The notes beneath the pieces are model-generated. The model was given only the letters and a program-made list of their open reading frames with translations. It was not told where the DNA came from and ran no database searches. Of a stretch of 64,000 bases of DNA, positions 25,601 through 39,482 are shown piece after piece; within the stretch, counting starts at the first letter, position 1; each line of letters opens with the position of its first letter. Made by a program: the position numbers and the translations under genes. The stretch comes from Neoechinorhynchus agilis (lineage: Eukaryota > Animalia > Acanthocephala). The stretch is taken from assembly GCA_051530055.1 (NCBI GenBank), contig CM121342.1, forward strand, positions 4,277,489-4,341,488, read 5' to 3'.

Positions 25601-28600
25601 TATTTGACATTGTCCATATAGGAATTTCGCAGCTTTCACTCGCCCATAACTCATTCATTTCCCAGATCGTAGGTATTGTAGATCGTTGTACTCCACATTG
25701 ATTTACAGCCCTATGAAGTCGATGCGAGGCTATATGAACCCATCGATTCGATCTCAGGAATTTATTTCGCATCGATAATATCAATTCCATCACTTTGTCT
25801 TGAGTTTTAGGCTCATTTGGCGGATAAACAGCTAGGATACTGCACAAAGTTGCCAAATAGGTGCAATTGTGCCTGACGAGATTAATTAGATGTTCGTAAG
25901 CTGAATTAATTGAGTTAGTTCGAAAGATGTGAGCTAGAAGCTTCCGGTGGAATGCAATCACATCGTCTAACTGGTACCGCTCATCGAATTGAACGGAATT
26001 CCACAGCATTGCTGTTAAAATACCATCGTTATTTTCTCTCTCCGTGTCTTTTTTCATTGTATTTGTTGATGTTAGAACATTGCACTGTGGAACCGGTAGA
26101 TTGGAGAAATTCGCCGATCGATTCGGGACGGAAGCCGCTCTTTTTACTCTTCGGTAATTCTTTGAAGACATTGATTTTCTGGTCATGATAGTCGATTTAA
26201 TGATTGAACTCAGTCTTAAGCAAAAACGGATCGTTTTCCGTTGTGTTTTGCGTTGAGAAATGCATTGTTGTAGTTGATTGATCGATTTCGAAATCCGAGT
26301 CAATTCCTCCACCTTTGATCTTGTGTGTAAGGTGTTCAATATTGAACGTAGTCGTAGTGTAAAGAAATCTTTGTACCAATCGACCATTTTGGAGAAATAT
26401 TTCGCTTTAATGAACACCACAGTTTTTCCAAGCTGCATGTCCCATGAACTCGATCCTCCAATCGCCTTTATAAGCATCATCATAAGTCCAGCAGCCATGG
26501 ATCTGTAGTTTGGACGATGAGTTGATGTTGTTGGAACTAAGGCATCGAAGCGTTTAGTGAATTCTGAAAATTCCAGCTTTATCGGATATCCAGAATGTTG
26601 GACTTTTATTGTCTCCAGCAGTGCCGAATACCTTCAAAAGTAGTTTAGGTTTGATCAGGTCAAAAATTAGTCGGGTTTTCTATGACATAGAATTTTTCTA
26701 ATTTGACCAATATTTGAGGACGTTTTAACAATGAATATATCTTGCTGGGCTTTCTGAGTTTTTGACCAGAAGAGTGAAGAAATTTTGATTTAAAAAAAAG
26801 AACATTGTCTGAATTTTCGAGCTTACCTGATTTGTTTTAGAACAAGATTACTGTCGAAACAACGAGCAGATTTGTGTCGATTCGGCCGAAGACATCTCAC
26901 GAATCTTGCAGTTGAATTACTCATAACGTTCATCAGATTCTCGAGTGAGCATTGAAAATTGGATACAATAGTCTTGCTTTTACGTTTCCTATCAAAATCA
27001 TAAGGCTCAAAGAGAAGTCTAATAAATTGATTTTCACAATGATCGTCTACTAGATTAAGAAGATCAACATTAAAATCATCCCGATTCTTTTCAACGAATC
27101 CTTCGGTATTATACACGATCTCTCCCGCATAATGTTTAATGGAGAACATGTCTCGGCCATCACTTGCATGTTTGTTAAGGACATTTACAACGGCATCCTT
27201 TCCTTCTTGTCCATGGAAATTCTGGATTTTCAAAAGAAGATTGCTATCATTTCCTTGAGGGAATATCGTTTCTTCGTTGATTAACGAAATCAGGTTAATT
27301 TTACCATCAGCAATAACATCCAGAATTCTTTGATTATCTTCGTAATTAATCTTTCTCCACAATATGCCTTCATTTTCATAAGTCTTTTGCTGTAACTCGA
27401 GCGTTACATGGATAAAGAACCGATGAAGTCGTTCATTTGCATAATTAATGCAAAATTGTTCAAATCCACAAGCAGCGTTCAGAGGTGAACATAGTTTATG
27501 ATCGGAAATAGTATCAAACCATTCCACTTCTTCGAAGCCAAAAATATCCAAGATTCCAATATGCCGTATATTTTGTAAGCAGCGCCGTTTACTAGTTTTA
27601 TTCTCGAGGATTCGGTTGATTCTATTCACGATCCATACGAAAAGTCGATTATAGAGTCCACGAGAAAAACTATCACGAACATTACTTGCTTGATGCGCTT
27701 GGAGGCATCGTTGAATGGTATCCATATTTACAAAAGCGGGGCGTTGGAGGGATAAAGTTTTATGTGTAAATGCGTCCACGAGGCATTCTGTGCTTGATAG
27801 ATTCATAAGTTCCGCAACTATTTTGACGGGTTTCAGATCACTGACAACGGAGCCATTGTCGCTGTTTTTGATAAATCTTTTATCAAACTTGATCTGTCCC
27901 AAATGGAGGATTGCACCAATTAGCCGATATATCGATTGGCATGTGTTGGGAGTGAACTCAAGAACTGAGAAAGCGTCTTGTAACTGTCTCCATCCTTTCC
28001 TCTCAGAACTATAATCAGTGGCACCGAAATCCATTCTGGCGTACTCAAACGGGCCATTTGTATCTTTAAGCTTCAATTTCTCTTTAAGTAGATCATTTGC
28101 TCCTGCTTGAAGGAAGTAGAAAATGTGATAATTTCGCTCAATTCGGTTTTGAGGAGCAGTGATTCGCGATCTTTCTAAAAGATAATGAGTTATGCGTGCT
28201 CCAGTCATAACCATTCCTGATCCGTGATTCTCAATCTCCAAATCAATATACTTTCCAAACCGACTTGAATTATCATTTTTACCAGTCCTAGCATTCCCAA
28301 AAGCTTCCAAAATGGGATTTGAGTCAATTATCTGTTGTTGCTGCCTCCATGGACTTTGTGTAAGTGTTTCCATCGAACCTGATAATCGGCACCTTAGTCT
28401 CCCACTTGAAGTTACCGAACACCTTTGAGTTAAATATTCAACTACAAGTTTTGTACTCTCCGTCTTACCGGATCCGGATTCTCCAGTAATCACTAAAGTT
28501 TGGTTAAAGTTTTCACTTTTACTTGCTGATAACGATTGAAACGCTTCTTCAGCGATTCCGAATATATGGGCAATTGATTCAGATCGAGCTGTGTCATTGA

Positions 28601-28931
28601 TTTCATAGCCGGAACGAACTGCATTCATGGCTGCATGACTATAAAGACCACTAATTCTTCGATAGGGATTAATAGCTACAAGAGCTGAACCGACTCTTGT
28701 ATAAATCAGATCTGACAAATATCGATCATGCAAAATCGACAATATTGTTTGTTCCTGATCTTTAGGGTCCACACTGTAGTTTACGGCCGATATAAGATCA
28801 TCAACCATACAAGTGCAAATTCCTGGTCTCGATTCACTATCGGTTTTTGAGACTTTTCGTGAATTCTGGTCCATATCGGATGAGTCAGGCAAAACAATGG
28901 AAGGAGTCGGACTGAAGTGTCTCTTATACAT
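22695..28931 (-). CDS. MYO7A: Unconventional myosin VII-like (motor, IQ, FERM, SH3, MyTH4, FERM); very few introns
   Basis: P-loop GESGSGKT, NDNSSRFGK, GILDIFGFE, EQFCINYANE; tail RDRFGFSIF and WRLYLRKEVFSPWH..ATELIF match myosin VII FERM1; SH3 SKYCIAL..FP..IIPT; intron 26633-26825. Confidence 0.85.
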
Positions 28932-29509
28932 GCACTGCTGTATGATGTCTGTTCAAACTCAAGATGAAATTACAGTGTGACGATGATTTTTTTTATAATT
29001 GTACACCGTAAATAAACGCTTATAATCGATTATAGAGCGAAACGTTCAAAATGAACTCGAGAGTAAGCGGATCTTTGGTTTTATTCGCAAACAAACGCAA
29101 AAACATTGCCTAATTAGTGGATAAACTTGTATCGGAGTAAAAAGTAAACTTTCAGACCGTCGTCAAACAATCACAAGTGGCTTTTGAAAGAAAAAAAATG
29201 TTCCTGAGACGTCGAGTCTTTCCCAAAGGAACCCACTTTTGCTTATCGAAATGTCGCACTAAAAAAATATATGCTAATAAATCCTTTGAAGGAGTTAAAT
29301 TTCAAGACGGAACACGCAAATGCCCATCTTTAATGCACTCTCCTTCGGGGCAAATTTAAGAAATAACACTTTTTTTGACAAAAATTCTAACCTCTATTAT
29401 TTTACAAATAAGCTTCTTGATCATTTAATTAATAACAAATCAATGCAAACTTCCTAAAGCATAAACCATTCATACCACCGCCTCTATGGATCACATGAAC
29501 TTGTCACAA

Positions 29510-32500
29510 GAAATCTTCTCAATTGTCGAAAAAAACCCACACTGGACGGTCTAAATTCATCCATAAGACTAATGAAACAATTTTAAGTGCAAACAACCGT
29601 CCTATATTTTATTATCCACACTTAACGCAACGGAAAATCGAAGTCTTCTAAAAAACCCGGGATGGAAGTAGGCGCTGAGCCTGATATCAAAGCTTCAGAC
29701 TCACAACGTCGACAGGTTTCCTGTTTTAAACAAAGAACCAAAACAATGGTACGGGATTAATGGAGTAAGGAAAACCCAGTCTTTGTTTGAAATCGGGAAA
29801 TATAGGCCCTGAAGCGCTACCATCAACGACGGAGTTCATTTAGTTTCAGCATGAAATGCTCTATTTTTGAACGGAGTTTTTCTATAATGCAAATGAGCAT
29901 CTCTAGTGTTTCATTGATGCTTAGGAACTTATAAGGACTTTTAAAATTATTAGTTTTTTGATCACATGACTTTAGCCATTTGTTTTGCTTGGAGTTCGAG
30001 CTACTTCAGAGATATTGAAGGGGCAGAAAAGACGTCTTAGTTATGAATTATGCAGCCACTTAGTGATTGTCCCAGTGACGAGAAGCGTAGCTTGAGTAAT
30101 AGCTGAATGATGAGCGGATTTGAGGAAAAGTACATGATGGAAAAAAAGAAGTGGTTTATATTGCCAACTACATGAAGATGGTTATTCTCTGCTTAGGATG
30201 CTACAAATAATTAAATATTAGGGCTTAAAACTGGCAATCATCTTCTTTGTCTTGTATAAATGACAATCGGAATTTATCTTAAAAATTTTGTGCGTCCAAA
30301 AAAAAGTTGGTTCAAATTGTTAAAAATTACTCCTCGTTCCTCTAACCGCTTTCAATATGTGCATAATGTAATTATTTATAATTTTAAAATTTATTAAATT
30401 GCTTTTTAAATAGCTAATAATAACGAGCTCACAGCGAGCTTTAAGGCTACCCAAGGCATCCAGATGTATGAATAATGAAGTGCTCATAATGTATCCATTC
30501 TGAGCCTCGAAAAGAACACGGATAATCCGTAAATAAATGTGACATTTGGTTTTGTGGTAGGTAATCAATCTACCGAAAGCGTTTTAAAACTTTTTTATGC
30601 TACCAAGCAAATTCGTGGGTTACAAAAATAACCTATCATTATTTTTAAGTACAATGTGAGTATAGAACTGATTGTTCTCACTTAAAAGCAAATAACTCAC
30701 TCAAAACTGAGCGTTCTAAGTAATCACTCATTTTGTCTTTTATTAAATTCTCTAAGAATAAACCCAAAAATACCTTGTCATTATTTTTAAATTGTTTTTT
30801 TGCGGTTAGAGTTTTTAATTGTTCTCTAATTAAAAACCCGATCACTCATTTTGTCTTTTATTAAATTCTCTAAGAATAAACCCAAAAATACCTTGTCATT
30901 ATTTTTAAATTGTTTTTTGCGGTAAGAGTTTTTAATTGTTCTCTCATTTAAAACCCGATCACTCATTTTGTCTTTTATTAAATTCTCTAAGAATAAACTC
31001 AAAAATACCTTGTCATTATTTTTAAATTGTTTTTTACGGTAAGAGTTTTTAATTGTTCTCTCATTTAAAAACCCGATCACTCATTTTGTCTTTTATTAAA
31101 TTCTCTAAGAATAAACCCAAAAATAAAACATCCAAAAATACCTTGTCATTATTTTTAAATTGTTTTTTTACGGTAAGAGTTTTTAATTGTTTTCTTATTT
31201 AAAAACCCGATAATTCATTTTGTCTTTTATTAAATTCTTTAACAATAAACCAAAAATTACCCGATCGTTATTTTTAATTTTTTTACGGTAAGAGTTTTTA
31301 ATTGTTCTCTAATTAAAAACCCGATCACTCATTTTGTCTTTTATTAGATTCTTTAACAATAAACCCAAAAATACCTGATCGTTATTTTTAAATTGTTTTT
31401 TTGCGGTTAGAGTTTTTAATTGTTCTCTCGTTCAAAAACCCGATCACTCATTTTGTCTTTTATTAGATTCTTTAACAATAAACCCAAAAATACCTTGTCA
31501 TTATTTTTAAATTGTTTTTTGCGGTTAGAGTTTTTAATTGTTCTCTCATTTAAAAACCCGATCACTCATTTTGTCTTTTATTAAATTCTCTAAGAATAAA
31601 CCCAAAAATACCTTGTCATTATTTTTAAATTGTTTTTTTGCGGTTAGAGCTTTTAATTGTTCTCTCATTTAAAAACCCGATCACTCATTTTGTCTTTTAT
31701 TAAATTCTCTAAGAATAAACCCAAAAATACCTTGTCATTATTTTTAAATTGTTTTTTGCGGTAAGAGTTTTTAATTGTTTTCTCATTTAAAACCCGATCA
31801 CTCATTTTGTCTTTTATTAAATTCTTTAACAATAAACCCAAAAAAACACATTGTCATTATTTTTAAATTGTTTTTTTGCGGTAAGAGTTTTTAATTGTTC
31901 TCTCGTTTAAAAACCCGATCACTCATTTTGTCTTTTATTAGATTCTTTAACAATAAACCCAAAAATACCCGATCGTTATTTTTAAATTGTTTTTTTGCGG
32001 TTAGAGTTTTTAATTGTTTTCTCATTTAAAACCCGATCACTCACACGACAATTAAGCGTGTTAAATAATCATTGATTTTCCTCAACCAATTCTCGAACCA
32101 AAACCGTTCTCCATGGTTATTTTCAGTTTGTTTCATGAGATTAGAAGGATAATTGATGTGTATATTCCGCTCACTGGACGTTTCGTCTCGCTCAGGAGGC
32201 AACCTGTCTGAATGAATGACTATATTTCCGGTATAGTAATTCTCAAAAGCAATTTTCGTTGCTTCATTTCCTCTCCTAACTAAATCCCGTTCGAGACAGG
32301 AGTTGTGAGAAGAGAGTGTTGTAATAAGAAGCTTTTCATGTTTATCCACGTTGACTTTAATTTTTAATAGACCAAAAGCATCCGTAACCATTCTCTCGAT
32401 TCGTCCAAATTCCGGATTATTAAGAAATTCCAGCATGTCCTTGTCAGCAAACCTCAAAACATTCTCAGATCCGAACAAGTATACATTATTGTGATCAATT

Positions 32501-33057
32501 GAAGACCGGATATTAATTTTTGAGTCCAAATCCCGGCTGATTTTAGCGTTCTTATTGTACGAACGGCACCAATTCATTGTTAGACTTGTTGAAGATGAGC
32601 AGTAATCTTCACAGACCGTTCCGTTCCATTTATTTCTAGAACCAAGTTGATACTTCCTACGACGGTTCATTGATTTTCTCCTTGGAAATAATGCACTGAT
32701 GAGCGTTCCACCAAAGAGGCGTGAGTATATGGATCGAAGCATGAGAAGTAGACTCATTCATCACCTTTTTCCTGTAACCGTTTTTAACCAGGTTGCTCTG
32801 GTTACAGCTACAATCATGTTGCTCACTGTCAAAGACGTTTTTTCTCAAAAAGATTAAAAGTTTTTTAATCTCTAGAGGCATTGATTTTGATTAGAAAGAT
32901 GAAATTTGACAAGTTTTTCCCAAAACCACAGCAATCTATTTCTTCATCAGCTTTGTATGTGTGTGTTTGGCATCCTTAGTTCTCTCATCCGACTCACAAT
33001 CGCGTCTTTTTCCAAGTGATTACCGGATATTAACTTTTCACTAATGGTATCCTCCAT
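29510..33057 (-). CDS. Multi-exon gene of unknown function (largest exon ~32045-32650)
   Basis: ORF 32041-32757 ends at a GTGAGT donor. Further coding-like GT-AG-bounded segments (FTDYPCSFRGSEWIHYEHF ~30500, ETCRRCESE..LEDFDFP ~29680, MNLDRPVWVFFDN* ~29520); putative start MEDTISEK at 33057. Joins are tentative. Confidence 0.45.
30722..32043. repeat. Tandem array, ~118-bp unit, ~11 copies, filling one intron
   Basis: cactcattttgtc recurs at 30725, 30843, 30960, 31078 and onward. Confidence 0.97.
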
Positions 33058-33148
33058 ATAGAGCCGAGCTACAAACAATTTCGACAACAACTAACACATG
33101 AACGATTTCCTTTAAACCAACATTAAAGGAAATCGTTCTGACTATCAA
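33058..33148. promoter_or_regulatory. Putative 91-bp bidirectional promoter containing a perfect 16-bp hairpin
   Basis: Lies between divergent putative ATGs (33057 minus, 33149 plus); gaacgatttcctttaa-7 nt-ttaaaggaaatcgttc at 33100-33138. Confidence 0.4.
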
Positions 33149-36100
33149 ATGAGTGTCACAGGTATACAAATCTCACTGTTTCAATATTTTATTCTCATTT
33201 AGAATGCATTGCATTTTGGTGCCATGCACAACAAACTATGATGCCCTGTTTCATTGTTGAACGATTTATTAAAGTTCACGAAACTGCATTTCTACTCTCA
33301 AACTCAATTTTCTCACAAAGAATTAAGAACGCACTGATTCTTGGCATCGTTGCTCCTCCAAGTAAGAAAATAAACGTTTCTAGCACGTTCAAAAACGTTG
33401 CTCAGGGTCCACAAAGTGTAAAATATGGAAAGATGAACTAAGATCTAAACATGATTATACCATCAGACTAACAAAATCGAAACTTCATCGGGTTAGCAGA
33501 TTTAAATCTCTTTTTTTTGCGAAAAATTCGCTCTTTGCTACTCAAAAATTAGTTGGGTGTTCTAAAGCTGTTCAAAAAATAAAGACGTGATCCGTATTTT
33601 CGTTGCGAAGACCATAAATAAAAAATAGTTCGGCATAACACATATAATGATAGGACATTTTTTATTTAAGAAATACTTTTTTCTAGACTCGATTGGTTTG
33701 CACCTTAATGTGTATTTTAATAGCTGCATTTGGCTGTTTATTGCACCAATTTTCGCAATTGTTGATAAGATCTTTCTTCAGAAAAGACGGATTTATGTCT
33801 TTTTTTCGCAATTTAATCCATATTTAAAGCCCTCGACCGTGTTATTAGTACCGTTTAAAGTCGTTTTCTTATCTCAAATGAAGATTCTTAACTTTCGCTG
33901 TGGTTTGAAACCGTTCGGAATTACGTCCAGAGAATGTTAGCTGTTTAAATTATCCTTTTTCTCGTTGGTTCAGGATCTTTCTTCAGAAAAGACGGATTTA
34001 TGTCTTTTTTTCTCAATTTAATCCATATTTAAAGCCCTCGATTGGGTTATTAGTACCGTTTAAAGTCTTTTTCTTATCTCAAATGAAGATTCTTAACTTT
34101 CGCAGAGGTTTGAAACCGTTCGGAATTACGTCCAGAGAATGTTAGCTGTTTAAAGGATCCTTTTTCTCGTTGGTTCAGGATCTTTCTTCAGAAAAGACGG
34201 ATTTATGTCTTTTTTTCGCAATTTAATCCATATTTAAAGCCCTCGATTGGGTTATTAGTACCGTTTAAAGTCTTTTTCTTATCTCAAATGAAGATTCTTA
34301 ACTTTCGCTGAGGTTTGAAACCGTTCGGAATTACGTCCAGAGAATGTTAGCTGTTTAAAGGATCCTTTTTCTCGTTGGTTCAGGATCTTTCTTCAGAAAA
34401 GACGGATTTATGTCTTTTTTTCGCAATTTAATCCATATTTAAAGCCCTCGATTGGGTTATTAGTACCGTTTAAAGTCGTTTTCTTATCTCAAATGAAGAT
34501 TCTTAACTTTCGCAGAGGTTTGAAACCGTTCGGAATTACGTCCAGAGAATGTTAGCTGTTTAAAGGATCCTTTTTCTCGTTGGTTCAGGATCTTTCTTCA
34601 GAAAAGACGGATTTATGTCTTTTTTTAGCAATTTAATCCATATTTAAAGCCCTCGATTGGGTTATTAGTACCGTTTAAAGTCGTTTTCTTATCTCAAATG
34701 AAGATTCTTAACTTTCGCTGTGGTTTGAAACCGTTCGGAATTACGTCCAGAGAATGTTAGCTGTTTAAAGGATCCTTTTTCTCGTTGGTTCAGGATCTTT
34801 CTTCAGAAAAGACGGATTTATGTCTTTTTTTCGCAATTTAATCCATATTTAAAGCCCTCGATTGGGTTATTAGTACCGTTTAAAGTCGTTTTCTTATCTC
34901 AAATGAAGATTCTTAACTTTCGCTGTGGTTTGAAACCGTTCGGAATTACGTCCAGAGAATGTTAGCTGTTTAAAGGATCCTTTTTCTCGTTGGTTCAGGA
35001 TCTTTCTTCAGAAAAGACGGATTTATGTCTTTTTTTCGCAATTTAATCCATATTTAAAGCCCTCGATTGGGTTATTAGTACCGTTTAAAGTCGTTTTCTT
35101 ATCTCAAATGAAGATTCTTAACTTTCGCTGTGGTTTGAAACCGTTCGGAATTACGTCCAGAGAATGTTAGCTGTTTAAAGGATCCTTTTTCTCGTTGGTT
35201 CAGGATCTTTCTTCAGAAAAGACGGATTTATGTCTTTTTTTCTCAATTTAATCCATATTTAAAGCCCTCGATTGGGTTATTAGTACCGTTTAAAGTCTTT
35301 TTCTTATCTTAAATGAAGATTCTTAACCTTCACGGAGGTTTAAACCGGTCGTACGTTCATTTTGCGAAACTCTTGTTCATTACATTGTTTTCAATGATAA
35401 GAGATATTCACACTGAAGCCTTGTCGTTTCAGTATTACTGGGACATTGACGTTTGGATACGGAACGTTCAATCACAAATGGAATCTCAACAGCTTCATGA
35501 ACTTTACATGGTGATACAATGGCTAGGAGCCCAAAAAGTCTTATCACGAAGTACCTATTTCCATCGGAAACTTTTGATTTACAAGTCAATATTTACAGAT
35601 TACGTTGGACTTTTGGGGAGACTGGTAGTGATGATGTCTGACAGAAGAGGAATCCAGCGGCTTAGAGTTAGCCGAAAACGCCGGGAATTCGGTGAGGATT
35701 CGAATAAGGAATCATCTCGTTTGTCGTGGTATTCATGCTTGGATGGCTCTACATCCGCAGTCTTTTTAAAGAGGGTTTTTGGTATTATAGGACGCGCATA
35801 TCCAATACCCGTTCGGTTGAAGTCCCTTTCAAGGTAAAGACTTTTAGTTGATCGACAAGCAAACGAAAATTCCATTTTTAAGGTATTTGGGTGTGGATTT
35901 GGATGTGCTGGATCGCATGCTGATTCATAATACCTATAAAAAGAATTTTTTCCGACAAATTAAAGGATCAGAAATTAAATGGACTTTAAGAGACAAAGAG
36001 TTCAATAATATTGAGGTCGAAGATCTACAGCCTACGATCGCAATTTTTGTTACAAACTATGGATTGTATAAAACTCTCATCGACAAATTAACGGAGTATA

Positions 36101-37726
36101 TTGTCCGAATAGGTCGGTTTTCAAAAAGTTATTTGTAAAGCTTCATTTCTATATATTCCTCACGTTAACATTCTCACGATGTGGTTTTTACGGTAGATTT
36201 ATCCTTAAAAGTTTTAAAACCGCCTTTATCCAGATTTACCAAGCAATCGAATCTTCTTCTTGTGGTTTCCTCGACAACCAATTTATCCTGTTTGATGCAA
36301 TCCATCGTTTCCTCGGCCTTGCTCGTCGGCGATTTCCGTTATTTCCAGCTTTGAAACTTTATTGATGATTTAACACAAGCTCCCGGCGAGGGATTTGCGC
36401 CCTTAGTCCCTTGGTTGATTCGGTTGTTAGTTTTGATTTGAGTCAAAATTTGGCAAGAATTATACAGCCGAATGCCCTTTCCTTTTCCTCCTTTTTCAGT
36501 CGGGCTTGGGGCCGTCTTTGGCTTGGTTTTACCAACCATTCGAACTAAATACCAATTCAATAAATCATTCGATTTTGAGCGTCTTTAACGAAGAAAGTGC
36601 ATCTTTAGAACGAATCGCGGAAAACGACTTTCACTTTCCACTATTCCTCCTCTCACTCAAGCCGCAAAGTGCGATTATAGTAAAGGTTCCGTTGATCAAT
36701 GAAGACGTTGTTAGCGCTCGAGATACAGTTTGTAATATTGCCCGATCACTACTCTTCAAGAGATATCGATCAATCAAACGAGTGTTGATAGCTGACATTG
36801 GCACGGCGCCGGTAGCAGGCACACGCTTAAGCGTTCATGAATCTTCAATTACTTCTCCTGTAAATGTAAAAAAAGTCAATTCTTCGATTCCGGAATACGA
36901 AAATACAAACTTTATGAGAAATGTTTATCCTGGAGATGTCATAGTTTCGCATCCAACGAACTCATCTGGATTCATTTACGCTTTTCAAGCAAGCAGAAGT
37001 GTAATGCAACGATGGTGCTCGCCAAAAGTGTTCAATTTGTTGGATGCCCATCATTGGAGACTCTGTTCTAACTTTGGAATGGATAAATTTCGAAAAAATG
37101 TAAAGAAGCCTGAGGATGAAATGCTTGATTTTTTTGAAGGAGACGGGATTAACGCAGGCGGGAGCTTATAGATTCGGGTTTCACTAAAGTTCTCGTTTGA
37201 ATTAAACTGATTAGAAAAACGAGAATTGATCGACAAGCAGTTCATCTTATCCCAGTCATTGATTCGTATTTAGACAATCGGTTGCCGGAATTCGCTAATT
37301 CGACATTAATCACCGGTTTGTTGGACGAGGTGAATGACCTTGGATCAACGATCGTGATCAGGGGTATTGTAAATTCAAATAATTGTACAGAAAAGTGGCT
37401 GGACTACGTAGAGGAGCACACAGCAAGATCGATTATTGGACTTGTATTTCTAATTGTAACCGATTCGAAACAACAAACAACCAATGTTTAGTCTTCTTCA
37501 ATAATTAAAGTATCGCACAAACACCATTCCCGTCTACTGTTAAATAAAATTCTAATCTACAAAATTCGTTCGAAATTAGCAAACAGGTTTGTTTCACGGA
37601 TTTCGTGAGCTCTGTAGTCGATTGAAGTTTGAGAAGAGTTTAATTGACGGTTTTATCATGGACGAGAAAGCGATGGGTATTTTTAGTCGACTTTTAAAGC
37701 AACTCAACCGTCAAACTTATGATTAA
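33149..37726 (+). CDS. Multi-exon gene of unknown function
   Basis: In-frame GT-AG joins MSVT|ECIAFW..APP|RSTKCK..; large coding ORFs at 35400-36130 and 36506-37171; exon 37270-37485; terminal exon 37580-37726 (or stop at 37491). Confidence 0.6.
33760..35345. repeat. Tandem array, 205-bp unit, ~7.7 copies, intronic
   Basis: gatctttcttcag recurs at 33769, 33974, 34179, 34384 and onward. Confidence 0.97.
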
Positions 37727-38869
37727 AAATTATTTTAGACATTTTCCAATACAAAGAAACAATTTTATATTGTCAAATACGATATTTACGAAATGAACAT
37801 GTCATGGATTTCGTGAGTTCTGTAGTCGATTGAAGTTTGAGAAGAGTTTAATTGACGGTTTTATCATGGACGAGAAAGCGATGGGTATTTTTAGTCGACT
37901 TTTAAAGCAAATCAACCGTCAAACTTATGATTAAAAATTATTTTAGACATTTTCCAATACAAAGAAACAATTTAATATTGTCAAATACGATCTTTACGAA
38001 ATCAACATGTCGTGGATTTCGTGAGTTCTGTAGTCGATTGAAGTTTGAGAAGAGTTTAATTGACGGTTTTATCATGGACGAGAAAGCGATGGGTATTTTT
38101 AGTCGACTTTTAAAGCAAATCAACCGTCAAACTTATGATTAAAAATTATTTTAGACATTTTCCAATACAAAGAAACAATTTAATATTGTCAAATACGATC
38201 TTTACGAAATCAACATGTCATGGATTTCGTGAGTTCTGTAGTCGATTGAAGTTTGAGAAGAGTTTAATTGACGGTTTTATCATGGACGAAAAGGCGATGG
38301 GTATTTTTAGTCGACTTTTAAAGCAAATCAACCGTCAAACTTATGATTAAAAATTATTTTAGACATTTTCCAATACAAAGAAACAATTTAATATTGTCAA
38401 ATACGATCTTTACGAAATCAACATGTCATGGATTTCGTGAGTTCTGTAGTCGATTGAAGTTTGAGAAGAGTTTAATTGACGGTTTTATCATGGACGAGAA
38501 AGCGATGGGTATTTTTAGTCGACTTTTAAAGCAAATCAACCGTCAAACTTATGATTAAAAATTATTTTAGACATTTTCCAATACAAAGAAACAATTTAAT
38601 ATTGTCAAATACGATATTTACGAAATGAACATGTCATGGATTTCGTGAGTTCTGTAGTCGATTGAAGTTTGAGAAGAGTTTAATTGACGGTTTTATCATG
38701 GACGAAAAGGCGATGGGTATTTTTAGTCGACTTTTAAAGCAAATCAACCGTCAAACTTATGATTAATAATTATTTTAGACTTAAATTTCGTTCTAACCTT
38801 ATGATCGATGTATTTTCCAATACAAAGAAACAATTTAATATTGTCAAATACGATCTTTACGAAATCAAC
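37598..38869. repeat. Tandem array, 208-bp unit, ~6 copies
   Basis: ORF echoes at 37927/38135/38343; last unit carries a ~31-bp insertion at ~38781-38812. Confidence 0.97.
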
Positions 38870-39239
38870 GTTATTGTGAAGCAAAGGAAATTTAAGTGGT
38901 GATTTGTTAGCGCATTAGTCTTTTCGATGTGAGCAACGGTTCTCCATTTCTGTCACGTGAGTTTAACGCAAATCGCATACACAGATGAGAAGTCTACCTC
39001 GAATGCGGTAGAGAACAACGCACTTTATAATTTCCTCCGCTAAAACCTAAAAGATTAAATCGTTTTTTGGGGGTTTATTAAACTGTTCCAACCAATTTCA
39101 AAATCATAAACGGACAATAGAAGAGAGCAAAGCGATTGCTTTTCTACACTATCTCAAAAAAGAGCTAATTAATGGAGCCTTGAGAAAAACAGCAAAGAAC
39201 GTTACCATTTCTCAACTAACTTCCTTTTTTGTCTTTAAG

Positions 39240-39482
39240 ATGATTTCTGAGAATTCGAATGATGATTTACGCAGGGAAAGATTGTGGCAGGAATGTATGA
39301 CAGCTTTGCTTTTCCTCGTCGATCAACTGGAGAGAAGGGAAGACGATGCACTTTTGATTCATTTCAACAGCTTACTAGAAGCCGTGGACGACAGAAGCTC
39401 AATTGAACGCCTCGAGCGGGGAGCTGAGGAGGCGAGGATAATCCTGAATTACTCTCGCCGAATGACAAATGGGCATGCATGA
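39240..39482 (+). CDS. Possible small ORF or terminal exon, unknown helical protein
   Basis: 80-aa ORF with protein-like composition preceded by a pyrimidine-rich AG; no recognisable motif. Confidence 0.25.
   Translation: MISENSNDDLRRERLWQECMTALLFLVDQLERREDDALLIHFNSLLEAVDDRSSIERLERGAEEARIILNYSRRMTNGHA

Noticed and set aside
23714-28014. Plus-strand ORFs within the myosin gene (and similar antisense ORFs in XPO5, DGK, VTA1)
   Set aside because: Antisense shadows of real coding sequence.
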